64,000 nt of DNA from an uncultured Bacteroides sp. (GCA_964431315.1 CAYSJH010000020.1:1226-65225); one strand, 5' to 3'; shown: positions 1 to 10,538, counted from the first letter of the stretch. Notes: generated by a model not told the origin, from the letters alone. Program-made: numbers and translations.

Positions 1-1
1 C

Positions 2-2884
2 GTGGGCTTCGGCGATGGGGTGTACAAAAGCACGGATGGAGGAAAGACCTGGAAGAACATGGGATTGAAATCCTCCGAACACATTGCGAGGATCGTCATC
101 CACCCGGGAAATCCAGATATCGTCTGGGTGGCGGCCCAGGGACCCCTGTGGACCAAAGGGGGTGACCGGGGAGTTTTTAAGTCCACCGACGGGGGAATAA
201 GCTGGAAGAAGGTCCTCGGCAATGACGAATGGACCGGGGCGACAGATATCGTTATTGATCCGGGCGACCCGGATCGCCTGTATGCCGCTACCTGGCAAAG
301 GCACCGGACGGTAGCCGCCTATTTGGGCGGGGGACCCGGTTCAGGGATCCACCGCAGCTCGGACGGAGGAGAAACCTGGGAGAAACTTACCAATGGAATA
401 CCAGACTCCAACCTTGGAAAAATAGGACTGGCGGTATCTCCGCAGGATCCGGCCATCGTTTATGCGGCCATAGAGCTTGACCGGAGAACAGGCGGTGTAT
501 TCATTTCAAGGGACCGGGGAAGCAGCTGGACGAAGCAATCGGATGTTGTCTCAGGAGCCACCGGACCGCATTATTACCAGGAGCTGTATGCATCACCGCA
601 TGCAAAAGGAAAGATTTACCTCATGGATATGCGCGTGCAGGTCTCGGAAGACCATGGAAAAACCTTCAAACCACTTACCGAGGACAAAAAGCACTCCGAT
701 AACCATGCCCTGGCCTTTCGGAAAGATGATCCGGATTATCTCCTTATGGGCACGGACGGCGGGATCTATGAAAGTTTTGACCTGGCCGGGACCTGGAGGT
801 TCATCGACAACCTGCCGGTCACCCAGTACTATAAGCTGGCCGTCGATGACAGTGAACCCTTCTATTTCATTTATGGAGGGACACAGGACAACGGTTCACA
901 CGGGGGACCTTCCCGGACCGATGACAACGTTGGCATTACCAACGAGGACTGGTTCATGATCCTGGGCTCCGACGGCTACCAGACGGCAACCGAGCCCGGC
1001 AACCCGGAGATCGTATACGCCGAGACACAGGAGGGCGGACTCTACCGCATCGACCGGATCACCGGTGAGCAGTTGCTGATCCAGCCGCAACCCGGTGAAG
1101 GAGAGGGACCCGAACGTTTCAACTGGGATTCTCCTATTCTGGTGAGTCCCCATAACCCGGAAAGGATCTACTATGCCTCCCACCGGGTCTGGCGTTCCGA
1201 TGACCGGGGTGACAGCTGGAAACCCATCTCCGGGGATCTTACCCGCAACCAGGAACGCTTTGCCCTTCCCATCATGGGGAGGCAGCAGAGCTGGGACAAT
1301 CCGTGGGACATCGTGGCCATGTCGCAATACAACACGATTACCTCGCTTGCTGAATCCCCGCTCCAGGAGGGACTGATCTATGCGGGCACCGACGATGGAT
1401 TCATCCAGGTGACGGAAGACGGGGGTACAAACTGGCGGAAGCTTGAACTCGGAAGCATAAAGGATATCCCTGCCACCGCTTTTGTGAACGATCTGCGGGC
1501 CGATCTTTTCGATGCCCGAACGGTTTACGCGGCCCTCGATAACCATAAGTACGGGGATTACCGGCCGTTCATACTGAAAAGTACCGATGCCGGCCTGACC
1601 TGGACGTCCATCCGGGGCAATCTTCCGGAAAAACTGATGGTATGGCGCCTGGTGCAGGATCATGTTAAAAAGGATCTCCTTTTTGCGGCTACAGAGTTCG
1701 GCATTTATTTCACCCCTGACGGGGGAAGCAACTGGATCCGGCTAAAAGGGGGACTTCCCACCATATCCTTCAGGGACCTGACCATCCAGAGAAGGGAAAA
1801 TGACCTGGTATGCGCTTCTTTCGGGCGCGGCTTTTTTATTCTTGATGACTATTCACCCCTGAGGGAAGTGACTGCCTCCGGACCAGCAAAAGTGCCGACC
1901 TTTTTTCCCGTTAAGGATGCCCTGTGGTACGTTCCCCGGGAAAAATGGGATGAAGGAGGATCCCGTTATGTGGCTGAGAATCCCTCCTTCGGCGCCAATT
2001 TCACCTATTACTTGCCGGAAAGCCTGTCAACCATAAAATCGGAAAGGCAGAAGATGGAAAAGAAGCTTGATAAAGAGGGAAAGGAAATTCCTTTCCCCGG
2101 GTGGGACCGCCTGGATGCCGAAAAACAACAGAATGCTCCCGAGATCCGCCTGACGATCCGGGATACCAGTGGGAATATTGTCAATACCATCAAGGGAACA
2201 AGTACCAAAGGTATTCAGAGGCAGAGCTGGAACCTTCAGTATGCTTCCAAACTGGGAATTAAACTTGGAGGAGAGACCCCCTCATGGGGTCCGATGGTCG
2301 TTCCGGGAACATACACGGCCAGCCTGTCAAAAATGGTTGATGGTGAAGTGACGGAATTGTCCGGTCCGCAAAGTTTTGAAGTGAAACCACTCCGCAGCGG
2401 AGCCCTTGAGGGCGCTTCCAGTGAAGAATGGACAGGTTTCAAGGACGAAATTGAAAAATTCCAGCAGGATTTCCTCGCCACATCCATGGAACTTGATAAG
2501 TGCATGAAGACGATAACGGCCATGCATGCGGCTGTTCTTAGGGTTGACCGGGGACCGGAAAAACTTGAGTCCAGGATCCACCAGGCGGAAGTGAAACTTC
2601 AGGACATCAGCAAACAGTTGAGAGGAAGTCCCTCTATGAACGAGGTGGAAGAAAAGATATCCCCCACACCGGGACACAGGCTGGCCATTGCCGTATCCGG
2701 ATTATTGACCACCTATGGTCCGACGGATACGCACAAACAATCACTTGAAATCGGGAAATCCGACCTGGCGAGGATAAAGGTGAGGCTTGTGGAAATCGTC
2801 GATTCCGTTCTGCCCCAGCTTGAAAAGGACCTGAAAGATGCCGGTGCACCCTGGATCGAGGGAGAGGGACTGATCAGGCAGTAG
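2..2884 (+). CDS. BNR/Asp-box repeat beta-propeller protein (sortilin/VPS10-like, glycoside-hydrolase-like); 5' end outside window
   Basis: ORF is open to the window edge. It has many S-x-D-x-G-x-(T/S)-W Asp-box motifs (KSTDGGKTWK, KSTDGGISWK, RSSDGGETWE, SRDRGSSWT, RSDDRGDSWK, VTEDGGTNWR, KSTDAGLTWT, FTPDGGSNWI). Stop TAG at 2882-2884. Confidence 0.8.
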   Translation: MGFGDGVYKSTDGGKTWKNMGLKSSEHIARIVIHPGNPDIVWVAAQGPLWTKGGDRGVFKSTDGGISWKKVLGNDEWTGATDIVIDPGDPDRLYAATWQRHRTVAAYLGGGPGSGIHRSSDGGETWEKLTNGIPDSNLGKIGLAVSPQDPAIVYAAIELDRRTGGVFISRDRGSSWTKQSDVVSGATGPHYYQELYASPHAKGKIYLMDMRVQVSEDHGKTFKPLTEDKKHSDNHALAFRKDDPDYLLMGTDGGIYESFDLAGTWRFIDNLPVTQYYKLAVDDSEPFYFIYGGTQDNGSHGGPSRTDDNVGITNEDWFMILGSDGYQTATEPGNPEIVYAETQEGGLYRIDRITGEQLLIQPQPGEGEGPERFNWDSPILVSPHNPERIYYASHRVWRSDDRGDSWKPISGDLTRNQERFALPIMGRQQSWDNPWDIVAMSQYNTITSLAESPLQEGLIYAGTDDGFIQVTEDGGTNWRKLELGSIKDIPATAFVNDLRADLFDARTVYAALDNHKYGDYRPFILKSTDAGLTWTSIRGNLPEKLMVWRLVQDHVKKDLLFAATEFGIYFTPDGGSNWIRLKGGLPTISFRDLTIQRRENDLVCASFGRGFFILDDYSPLREVTASGPAKVPTFFPVKDALWYVPREKWDEGGSRYVAENPSFGANFTYYLPESLSTIKSERQKMEKKLDKEGKEIPFPGWDRLDAEKQQNAPEIRLTIRDTSGNIVNTIKGTSTKGIQRQSWNLQYASKLGIKLGGETPSWGPMVVPGTYTASLSKMVDGEVTELSGPQSFEVKPLRSGALEGASSEEWTGFKDEIEKFQQDFLATSMELDKCMKTITAMHAAVLRVDRGPEKLESRIHQAEVKLQDISKQLRGSPSMNEVEEKISPTPGHRLAIAVSGLLTTYGPTDTHKQSLEIGKSDLARIKVRLVEIVDSVLPQLEKDLKDAGAPWIEGEGLIRQ

Positions 2885-3590
2885 CCCGCCTGAATACCCT
2901 GGCCACCAGGATCCCGTTCACGATCAGTACGGTCCAGTTTATTGTAATGACGGCCACTTCAAAGAGGTATTCACGCCCGATCCCATATAGGATCGAGATC
3001 AGGGCGAGCAACAGCAATGCAAGGATAAAACCGCTGATGAAGATCCAGCGGATTGCCCTTTCCAGGCTACTGGCCCGTGCAAAGACAAGGCCCAGGAACA
3101 GGAAAGAAAGGCTCATCATTAAAAAACCGATTTCTTCAAGAGCTATGAACAACCCATGCGGATTAAACTGGGTCATCAGGGCTATTCCCTCCGTTTCTCC
3201 GTTTAACAGGCTGGGCTGAATTACGGTTACCTGCAGGAAATAGTTTGTCACCAGGATAACAGCCGAGATCAGGGCGAAAGCGGATCCGGCCTGGCTGAAC
3301 AATTTATTCCCGCCGGGGGCAAAATGATGAATGCTGAGACTGAATACGACAAAAACCACATTCAGCAGGATTGCCGGATACATCCACAGGTAATCCCTTG
3401 GAAAGCGTAATTCAATCCCCGTATAGGGATAACTGAAACAATCCCCCGGGCAAAAGGGACCGGAAAGTGGTGGGGTAAAGAAAGCCATCCCGAGGGTCAC
3501 AATGGTTATTAAAGCCATTGCGACGGATACATAAAATCCAAAGAGGTGTACTGACTGAGTTCCAGCATCCTGATTAGTTGTCATATTCAT
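2874..3590 (-). CDS. integral membrane protein, about 6 TM helices, unknown function; last gene of the apr-qmo operon
   Basis: 238-aa ORF. Its ATG (3590-3588) overlaps the qmoC stop TGA (3589-3587) as ATGA. Six long hydrophobic segments. CxxxC pair (FCPGDCF) in the first predicted loop. I recognise no family. Confidence 0.6.
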   Translation of the reverse strand: MNMTTNQDAGTQSVHLFGFYVSVAMALITIVTLGMAFFTPPLSGPFCPGDCFSYPYTGIELRFPRDYLWMYPAILLNVVFVVFSLSIHHFAPGGNKLFSQAGSAFALISAVILVTNYFLQVTVIQPSLLNGETEGIALMTQFNPHGLFIALEEIGFLMMSLSFLFLGLVFARASSLERAIRWIFISGFILALLLLALISILYGIGREYLFEVAVITINWTVLIVNGILVARVFRRATA

Positions 3591-4663
3591 GTTGGCTTAG
3601 TGGTTCCGATTAAAAGGAGAGACAACGTACGATAAAGGAAATGGGCGAACCTGGTGTATGGATAATAAAGGATGATGATCCAGACCAGGATCAGGTGAAA
3701 CAGGTAGATATGGTAGGCATGGCTCCAGTCCAGGAAGCGCGCCGCCTCAACGAGTATACCGGTAACAGTCAGCAGCCAGAAGGAAAGCAGGAAGAACCAG
3801 TCCGCATAATTACTCCTCAGGGTATTCCGTTTCAGCAGCCTGTTCATGATCATCAGGGTTGATCCGGTGAAAAGCAGGAGTGCCCCCGCGTTGCCTGCTA
3901 TCTTGACCGGATTGAGGAAACCGAGCGGGTAATTAAAGAAGATTGTTGAAAGGATCGCAAAAAAGGTGACGAACAGGAGTAGTATAAATCCCCAGAAAAC
4001 AAACAGGTGGGAAAGGGACCGGCTTTTCTCTTCCGTGCATTGTCTGAAATCCCTGTGCCACAGGATCCTGCCAATTATCTTCAACCAGCGGCCGGATGCC
4101 GGTGCCTCCGGAATGCCTGATGCGCTCTTCCAGAAACTTTTTAGTCCCGCAACAGCCCCGATGGTCGAAAGAATGAACAGGGCTGTAAACGAACCGTTCA
4201 GCCAGCCATGGGGAAAGAATTTGGAATAATCGACGGGTCCCTCAGGGATATGCAACGTTCCGGCCATCAGGATGATCAGGAGTATGGTCAGCATCGGGAA
4301 GAGAACAACAAGCGGCAGAAAGGCCGGCCTCTGCATCCAGCGTGCAATGAAGCGGGGCCTGGAGTAATGGATGATCTGTTCCTGACGGAGGGCGGCCATG
4401 ACATCGCCGGGACTTACCCCACGGGGACAGGAAACCGTGCAGTCGCCGCACTGGTGGCAGGTCCATACGTACGGATCGGCCATGAGCCGGTCACGCATCC
4501 CCCAGGCAGCCATGATCATCTGCCTGCGGGGAAAGACATCCTGGTCAGCCGACAAAGAGCAGGATGCCGTACAGGCCCCGCACTGCATGCAGGTTGTCAG
4601 CTGCGAACCGCTGGCAGCCTGCAGTTTTTCAATGAATGCAATATCGGGACTGACTTCGATCAT
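3587..4663 (-). CDS. qmoC: quinone-interacting membrane-bound oxidoreductase subunit C (HdrC-like 2x[4Fe-4S] domain plus HdrE/NarI-like membrane domain)
   Basis: N-terminus has two CxxCxxCxxxC motifs (CMQCGACTASC, CHQCGDCTVSC), followed by multiple TM helices. Abuts the qmoB stop with zero gap. Sits in the aprBA-qmoABC order. Confidence 0.85.
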   Translation of the reverse strand: MIEVSPDIAFIEKLQAASGSQLTTCMQCGACTASCSLSADQDVFPRRQMIMAAWGMRDRLMADPYVWTCHQCGDCTVSCPRGVSPGDVMAALRQEQIIHYSRPRFIARWMQRPAFLPLVVLFPMLTILLIILMAGTLHIPEGPVDYSKFFPHGWLNGSFTALFILSTIGAVAGLKSFWKSASGIPEAPASGRWLKIIGRILWHRDFRQCTEEKSRSLSHLFVFWGFILLLFVTFFAILSTIFFNYPLGFLNPVKIAGNAGALLLFTGSTLMIMNRLLKRNTLRSNYADWFFLLSFWLLTVTGILVEAARFLDWSHAYHIYLFHLILVWIIILYYPYTRFAHFLYRTLSLLLIGTTKPT

Positions 4664-6808
4664 CTACATATCTTTAAAGGGATTGGGTCCAATGGATTCA
4701 ATCGTTTCAAGATAATCATCGATGATCTCCGGCAGCCTGTGGTACTCATCGATCTCGAGGAATACCGTTTTAATCCTTTCCGGTTCGAGCATCATGGTCT
4801 GCAGGGTTTGCTGTATGTTTTCCGACCGGGTTTCCATCAGTTCGCTCCCCGTAATGAAATGGCACTGGTAATCCTCTCCAGGTTTGCACCCGATCTGCAT
4901 AATGCCGTCGAATCCCGCCGACAGAGCATCGGAGAGCCAGATCTTATTGATCGAACCGATGCAGCGCACGGGGATGATCCTTAACCAGGGACTGATCCGG
5001 TGGCGGTGAAAGGCCGCCAGGTCGAAGGCCGGGTAAGCATCATTCTCGCACACAAATGCCAGCACTCTGGGTTTTTCCTCCAATTCATCCGGTATGGGGA
5101 TGGATTTGATCATGGAAGAGATGGCATGGATAGAATAATTGTCGAAGTTAATGATCCGTTCCGGACAGGAACCCATGCAAATGCCGCAACGCCTGCATCG
5201 TGCTGGATTGGGCAGGGGAGTTCCCTTCTCGTTCTCATCATAGGTCCCGAAGGGACATTCTTCCGTACATCTCTTACAATCCGTGCACCGCTGCAGGCTT
5301 AGGACCGGGTAGCTCCGGTCCCCCGGCCTCGGGTGAACGGCTTCCCCCCGTCTTACAGCTTCTATGCACTGGATCGCCTTTACCACCGCTCCCCCGGCAT
5401 CCTCCATGCAGTCCTGGATACCCTGCGGCGTTCTGACCGCACCTGCAGCATATATGCCTGTGCGCTGAGTCTCGTATGGAAAACAGATGAAATGGGAATC
5501 CGGGAAACCGTATTTTCTTTCCGGTAATCCTTCGCCCTTCCGGTAAAGCAGGTGCAGGTCCTCCGAACGGTTGGGCTCCATTCCCGTTGCCGCAACAACC
5601 AGGTCCGCCCGGATGGAGAGCGGTTCACCCAGCAGGTTGTCCCCGATCGTTATCCTGAGGCTGCCGTCGTCCAGTTCCTCCACCCCGGATACTTCCCCCT
5701 TTGTAAGGAAAATGCGGTTGTCGCCCTGGACCTGGCGGTAAAAATGCTCGTTCCGGCCGGGGGTCCGGATGTCCCTGTAAACAATGAATACATTTGTTTC
5801 AGGGTATTTACGGCGTATGTAAAGAGCCTGCTTAAGGCTTGTCAGGCAGCAAACATTGGAACAGTAGGGGAGATGTTTTTCATCCCTTGACCCGGCGCAC
5901 TGGATAAAGACGACGTTTTCGGGAGGTTTCCCGTCAGAGGGCCGGAGGATCCCGCCCTGCTTTGCCATGGTTTCCAGGTCGGCCTGGGTAATCATGTTTT
6001 CATGCCTGCTGAATCCCAGATGCTCCAGCCTGGAAGCATCATAGGGTTTCCAGCCGATGGCGAGGATAACGGACCCGACCCTGCATTCGGAATTTCTGCC
6101 GTTAATCCTGAGCGTAACATGAAATTTGCCGGGTTCCCCCGAGATTGCCGAAACCGTGGAATTTTTATGAACGGTGATCAGTCCCGAGGCCTCCAGTTCC
6201 TCCAGCTTTTCATCCAGGAAATAACCGAGATGGGTTTCCCGGCTTCCGGACACCGGGATGATGTCGTGCCAGTGGTTGAGCCAGCCCCCCAGCCGGTCCT
6301 CTTTCTCGACCATTACGACCGAATAACCGGCCCGGGCCCCTTCGAGGGCGGATTGTATTCCCGTAATACCGCCGCCGAGGATCAGGATATCGGATTCCGT
6401 TCCATCCGGGATATAGGGATCCGGAAGGCCGGAAGCCGCAGTCCATGCGATCCCCATCCGAAGGTAGTCCTCTGCTGCCAGCTGGGTGTCCTCGTGGCCG
6501 GGCTCCATGACCCAGGCAACGCCTTCCCTGAGATTCACCCTCTCGGTCAAAATATTGCCGAACTTCAGTGTTTCAGGATTGTGGCGGGGGGAACAGCCTG
6601 CAATCACCAGTGAATCCAGCAGGTGCTCAGGGATCTCATCATTGATTTTCAGGTGGGCTTCGGCACTGCACAGGCAGGGACGTACCTGGCATTGCTTTAC
6701 TGTTGGGTACTCACCTGCAACGGCGGACAGCTTTGCGGTGTTGAGGCTTTCACCGATCCCGCAGCCGGTACAAATGTACACGCCTATGTTTTTCGATTCT
6801 TTAGCCAC
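4664..6808 (-). CDS. qmoB: quinone-interacting membrane-bound oxidoreductase subunit B (HdrA-like flavoprotein with ferredoxin and MvhD-like C-terminal regions)
   Basis: 714 aa. N-terminal GVYICTGCGIGE, FAD fold ILILGGGITGIQSA...VEKEDRLGG, ferredoxin motifs CTDCKRCTEECP and CRRCGICMGSCP. Position between qmoA and qmoC. Confidence 0.9.
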   Translation of the reverse strand: MAKESKNIGVYICTGCGIGESLNTAKLSAVAGEYPTVKQCQVRPCLCSAEAHLKINDEIPEHLLDSLVIAGCSPRHNPETLKFGNILTERVNLREGVAWVMEPGHEDTQLAAEDYLRMGIAWTAASGLPDPYIPDGTESDILILGGGITGIQSALEGARAGYSVVMVEKEDRLGGWLNHWHDIIPVSGSRETHLGYFLDEKLEELEASGLITVHKNSTVSAISGEPGKFHVTLRINGRNSECRVGSVILAIGWKPYDASRLEHLGFSRHENMITQADLETMAKQGGILRPSDGKPPENVVFIQCAGSRDEKHLPYCSNVCCLTSLKQALYIRRKYPETNVFIVYRDIRTPGRNEHFYRQVQGDNRIFLTKGEVSGVEELDDGSLRITIGDNLLGEPLSIRADLVVAATGMEPNRSEDLHLLYRKGEGLPERKYGFPDSHFICFPYETQRTGIYAAGAVRTPQGIQDCMEDAGGAVVKAIQCIEAVRRGEAVHPRPGDRSYPVLSLQRCTDCKRCTEECPFGTYDENEKGTPLPNPARCRRCGICMGSCPERIINFDNYSIHAISSMIKSIPIPDELEEKPRVLAFVCENDAYPAFDLAAFHRHRISPWLRIIPVRCIGSINKIWLSDALSAGFDGIMQIGCKPGEDYQCHFITGSELMETRSENIQQTLQTMMLEPERIKTVFLEIDEYHRLPEIIDDYLETIESIGPNPFKDM

Positions 6809-6817
6809 CTCTGTGAT

Positions 6818-8110
6818 TCATTGCAGTACATTGATTACAAGGCCTGTGGCCTCCCTGACTGAGGCAGCGACGTCCTTTGGATCGGCGCAGCAGCCCCCTG
6901 CGGCGTAGCCTTCTTCAAGGGCTTCCCGGATGATGAATCCATCCCGGTCAAGTTCCATTCCCGCAAGGGCAGGTGCAATGGGCACGATACCCGTCGCCAG
7001 GATGACCATATCATAGGAATTGCGAATCTTCCGTCCGGACAGGATGTCTTCCGCTTCCAGGACCGGCCTGCCTGTGTCCTTGCCAGGATTCTCCCCCTCG
7101 CGGGTCGATTTATCCGCTTCCAGGTTGATCCCGGATACTTTGCCTTTGATCAGGCAAATGCGCTCATGGTTTTCCACTTTCCTCAGAAAGTCCTCGTTCC
7201 TCCCTGAAACCCTCAGGTCAATGTAGTAGATATCCGCCTGGTTCTGAGGATCCTGTTCGGTGAAGTACAGGGCCTGCTTCAAGGAAGCCGAACAACAGAC
7301 TGCGGAGCAATAGGGCAGATGGTTTTCATCACGGGAACCGGCGCACTGGATAAAGGCTATCCTGCGGGCAGGTTCCCCGTCGGATTGCCTGAGTATCAGG
7401 CCCCCGGTGGGACCGTTGGGGGCTCCCAGCCTTTCCATCATGACATTGCTGAGGATGTCGGGGGACTTCCCCCAGGAGTATTCGGCCAGTTTTTCCGGGT
7501 TATAGGGGCTCCATCCCGTGCAGAAAAGAACCGTTCCAACATTTAACTCACGGGTGCTGCTTTCCGCCCCGAGGTTTATGGCCCCGTAACGGCAGGCGGG
7601 TACGCATTTCATGCAGCTGTCTTTCAGGCAGGCAGTATCATCAAGATAATACCGGTCCGGGTAGCTCAATTCATGGGGCAGGTCGATCGCCTTATGTACG
7701 GTCAGCCCGTAGTTGAAGGGATCCGGGGATTCAACGGGACATACGACGGTGCATTCGCCACAGGCTGTACAGGCTGAAGATACGTATTCCGGTTCGCACC
7801 TAAGGCTCACCCTGAAATCTCCGGCGGTACCTGAGATCTTTTCCGCGGTGGCCGAAGTGATCACCTCGATGCGGCTGCTGTCGCGGATCCGTCTGAAATT
7901 GATCTCGAGTCCGCAGTAAGGGGGACAAAGTTTAGGGAAGTACTCATTCATTCGGGCTACCTGTCCCCCCAGGTACGGCAGCTTTTCCAAAAGGTACACC
8001 CTGCATCCCGTTTCCGCAGCTTCCACGGCAGCGGTGATGCCGCTGATTCCCCCGCCGATGATGAGCACCGATTTTTCGGTTTTCCTGGTATGGTTGTTCT
8101 GGTCCTGCAT
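6818..8110 (-). CDS. qmoA: quinone-interacting membrane-bound oxidoreductase subunit A (HdrA-like FAD protein)
   Basis: FAD fold VLIIGGGISGITAAVEAAETG...LEKLPYLGGQ, then NEYFPKLCPPYCGLEIN, typical of QmoA/HdrA. The ORF track starts at 8152, which overlaps aprA by 17 nt. The internal ATG at 8110 (MQDQNNH...) avoids the overlap and is preferred. Confidence 0.88.
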   Translation of the reverse strand: MQDQNNHTRKTEKSVLIIGGGISGITAAVEAAETGCRVYLLEKLPYLGGQVARMNEYFPKLCPPYCGLEINFRRIRDSSRIEVITSATAEKISGTAGDFRVSLRCEPEYVSSACTACGECTVVCPVESPDPFNYGLTVHKAIDLPHELSYPDRYYLDDTACLKDSCMKCVPACRYGAINLGAESSTRELNVGTVLFCTGWSPYNPEKLAEYSWGKSPDILSNVMMERLGAPNGPTGGLILRQSDGEPARRIAFIQCAGSRDENHLPYCSAVCCSASLKQALYFTEQDPQNQADIYYIDLRVSGRNEDFLRKVENHERICLIKGKVSGINLEADKSTREGENPGKDTGRPVLEAEDILSGRKIRNSYDMVILATGIVPIAPALAGMELDRDGFIIREALEEGYAAGGCCADPKDVAASVREATGLVINVLQ

Positions 8111-8135
8111 ACTTTGACATCGATGACCGGCCGGA

Positions 8136-10031
8136 TCAGTCCACCAGGTCAATTACCTCCCTTTTCATCATTTCCCACTGACCGGATCCTGGATCCCAGC
8201 GGCAGTTGGCAAAGCATTTCCACTCATCCTCCGCCAGCCCGGGGAAATCACTCCTGAAATAATACCCGGGCCAGCGCGTCTCCTCCCGGAAGAGCATGGT
8301 GCGCATATGCGATTCAGCCTGCCAGACCCGGTGAACATTTTCCCAGCAGCGCATCAGTTCATGGGTGTTCCCGGCAGCCAGGCTGGCGATGTCTTCCTTA
8401 AGCATATGCAAATGTTCCAGTCCTTTCTCAAGCAGGGGGGCGGAGGTCCTGTACCCGCTCGAGACCCCGCCGGCATACTCGTCCATTATTTTCTGGAGGC
8501 GGAACATGAACATCTGCGGACGGATGTAATTCGGGTTGATATCCGGGTCCTGGGTGTATCCTTTATGGGTCTCAAACAGATCGAGGGGTTTCAGGATGGA
8601 CTGCTTCAAGGCAAGGACGGTTTCTTCCGCAGCCGGGGGCAGATCGGGATGGTCAACGCAGAAGGCTGCGGCGGATTTACCCGCAATACGTCCCTCGGTA
8701 AAGGAGCCGGATGAGAACTTGTGACTGGATGCCCCGGATGCATCCCCGGCTGCAAACAGGCCGCGTACCGTGGTCATATTTGGGTAGCCCCATTTATAGC
8801 CTTCGGGTGCGAGATCCTCGGGACCGCTGACCCATGCACCGGAAGCCCCGGAATGGGAGCTTATGAAATAGGGTTCACAGGCAGAGATCTCCGATGGTTT
8901 TTCCTCGGGATTGATGTTCATGGATGCCCAGAGAAGGGCCTGGCTGATCGTCATGTCCAGGAAATCCTCCCAGGCCTCCTTTTCCAGTTCCTTAAGTTTG
9001 CGCCTGGCCTCCTTTTCGTCGGGAATGGACTCCACGATCTTTTTAATGGCTTCTTCCGTCCGCATATAAATGGGACCTTTCCCTTCCTCGATCTCGAGCA
9101 TCATCAGGTAATTCCTCAGGTTGGCCGGCGTCGGTTTTACATTCCCGTAAGGGGCCCATTTCTCCAGTTCGGCCGCCCGTGTCTGCATGTAATTCTCGCC
9201 GAGTGCATTGGTGGCCTCTGCCTGGAAAAGCAGGAACCAGGCCCCGACCGGACCGTAGGCATCCTTGAAACGGACCGGTACGAAGCGTACCTCCTGGCAG
9301 GTCATTTCCGCACCGGCCTTCAGCGTGAAATAAGCACTTGCCCCGCTGTTGAAGGGAGGGTACCAGGAACGTCCGAGTCCCTCTCCAACGGACTTCGGTC
9401 TGAACACATGCACCGCGCCTCCCATGGCGGCAAGCACGCTTTTTGCCCGGAAAACGTAGATCTTGTTTTCCCTCACGCTGAAACCGATGGCCCCCGTACA
9501 GCGGTCTCCTTCAACAATGGGATCGGTTATGAAGACCCTTTCGAAATACTGTCCCCTTTCACCCAGTTCAGCCAGGGCATTCTTGGCGGCTTCCGCCACG
9601 ATGGTCTTATAGGATTCCCCGTGGATCATGATCTGCCAGCGCCCCTCGTTCACGTACTTCCCTTCCTCGTCCCTCCAGATCGGTAGTCCCCATTTCTCGA
9701 ACAGGTGCACCGACGAATCCACATGCCTCCCGATGTTCGCCACGAGATCATCCCGGGCTATGCCCATCAGGTCATTCTTTACATATTTAACATAATCGGC
9801 AAGGGTATTTTTACCCTCTTTCAGTCCCAGGTACATATTGATGGCCGACAGTCCCATTGCCACGGCGCCGGACCGGTCCATCGACGCCTTGTCTACCAGT
9901 GTGACCCGGAGCTTGTACTTCTTAGCCCAGTGGGCGGCCTCCCAGGCTGCTCCACAGGCAGCCATGCCTCCCCCAAGGATCAGGATATCGGTCTGAACTT
10001 CAACGGTTTCGAAATTATTTGCAATGCTCAT
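8136..10031 (-). CDS. aprA: adenylylsulfate (APS) reductase alpha subunit, dissimilatory type
   Basis: 631 aa. N-terminal FAD fold DILILGGGMAACGAAWEAA, fumarate-reductase-family flavoprotein architecture. Lies directly downstream of aprB and upstream of qmoABC. Confidence 0.92.
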   Translation of the reverse strand: MSIANNFETVEVQTDILILGGGMAACGAAWEAAHWAKKYKLRVTLVDKASMDRSGAVAMGLSAINMYLGLKEGKNTLADYVKYVKNDLMGIARDDLVANIGRHVDSSVHLFEKWGLPIWRDEEGKYVNEGRWQIMIHGESYKTIVAEAAKNALAELGERGQYFERVFITDPIVEGDRCTGAIGFSVRENKIYVFRAKSVLAAMGGAVHVFRPKSVGEGLGRSWYPPFNSGASAYFTLKAGAEMTCQEVRFVPVRFKDAYGPVGAWFLLFQAEATNALGENYMQTRAAELEKWAPYGNVKPTPANLRNYLMMLEIEEGKGPIYMRTEEAIKKIVESIPDEKEARRKLKELEKEAWEDFLDMTISQALLWASMNINPEEKPSEISACEPYFISSHSGASGAWVSGPEDLAPEGYKWGYPNMTTVRGLFAAGDASGASSHKFSSGSFTEGRIAGKSAAAFCVDHPDLPPAAEETVLALKQSILKPLDLFETHKGYTQDPDINPNYIRPQMFMFRLQKIMDEYAGGVSSGYRTSAPLLEKGLEHLHMLKEDIASLAAGNTHELMRCWENVHRVWQAESHMRTMLFREETRWPGYYFRSDFPGLAEDEWKCFANCRWDPGSGQWEMMKREVIDLVD

Positions 10032-10076
10032 AAATCAGTTTTTTCATTATAACCGGCCGGGACCTGATCCGATCCA

Positions 10077-10514
10077 TCAGATTTTTTCCAGTTCTTCCAG
10101 TCCCGTTGAAGCAGGCTCGGTGCGGAGCAGGGGACTCTTCAGGTCATCCGTTGCGGTCCCGAAACCGGCATCCGGTTCTGCAGTCCCCTCCGGGGTTGTC
10201 CTTGTCGGGAACTTGAACCGCTTTACCTGGCCGTCCCTGAATTTTACCGACCACATGATCGCATCGGAACTTCTCAGGGGCTGAACCGCGCCGCCGAGGG
10301 GCATAAAATCGGCATAACCCCTGACCTCGATGGCCTGGGTGGGACAGATCTTTACGCAGTTGTAACATTCCCAGCACATTTGAGGTGCGCGGTTAATGGC
10401 CTTATTGCTTTGCTTGTCGAGGACCATAAGATCGTTCGGGCAGATGTACTGGCAGGCCGTCCTGTCCAGTGCCTTACATCCGTCACATTTATCGGTAATA
10501 ACAAAACTGGGCAT
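10077..10514 (-). CDS. aprB: adenylylsulfate (APS) reductase beta subunit (2x[4Fe-4S])
   Basis: MPSFVITDKCDGCKALDRTACQYICPNDLM...CWECYNCVKICPTQAI...RGYADFMPLG is the canonical AprB N-terminus. The track start at 10541 adds 9 aa and lies inside the predicted -7 box, so the ATG at 10514 is preferred. Confidence 0.92.
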   Translation of the reverse strand: MPSFVITDKCDGCKALDRTACQYICPNDLMVLDKQSNKAINRAPQMCWECYNCVKICPTQAIEVRGYADFMPLGGAVQPLRSSDAIMWSVKFRDGQVKRFKFPTRTTPEGTAEPDAGFGTATDDLKSPLLRTEPASTGLEELEKI

Positions 10515-10538
10515 GATGCTAGTCCTTGGTGATGCGTA

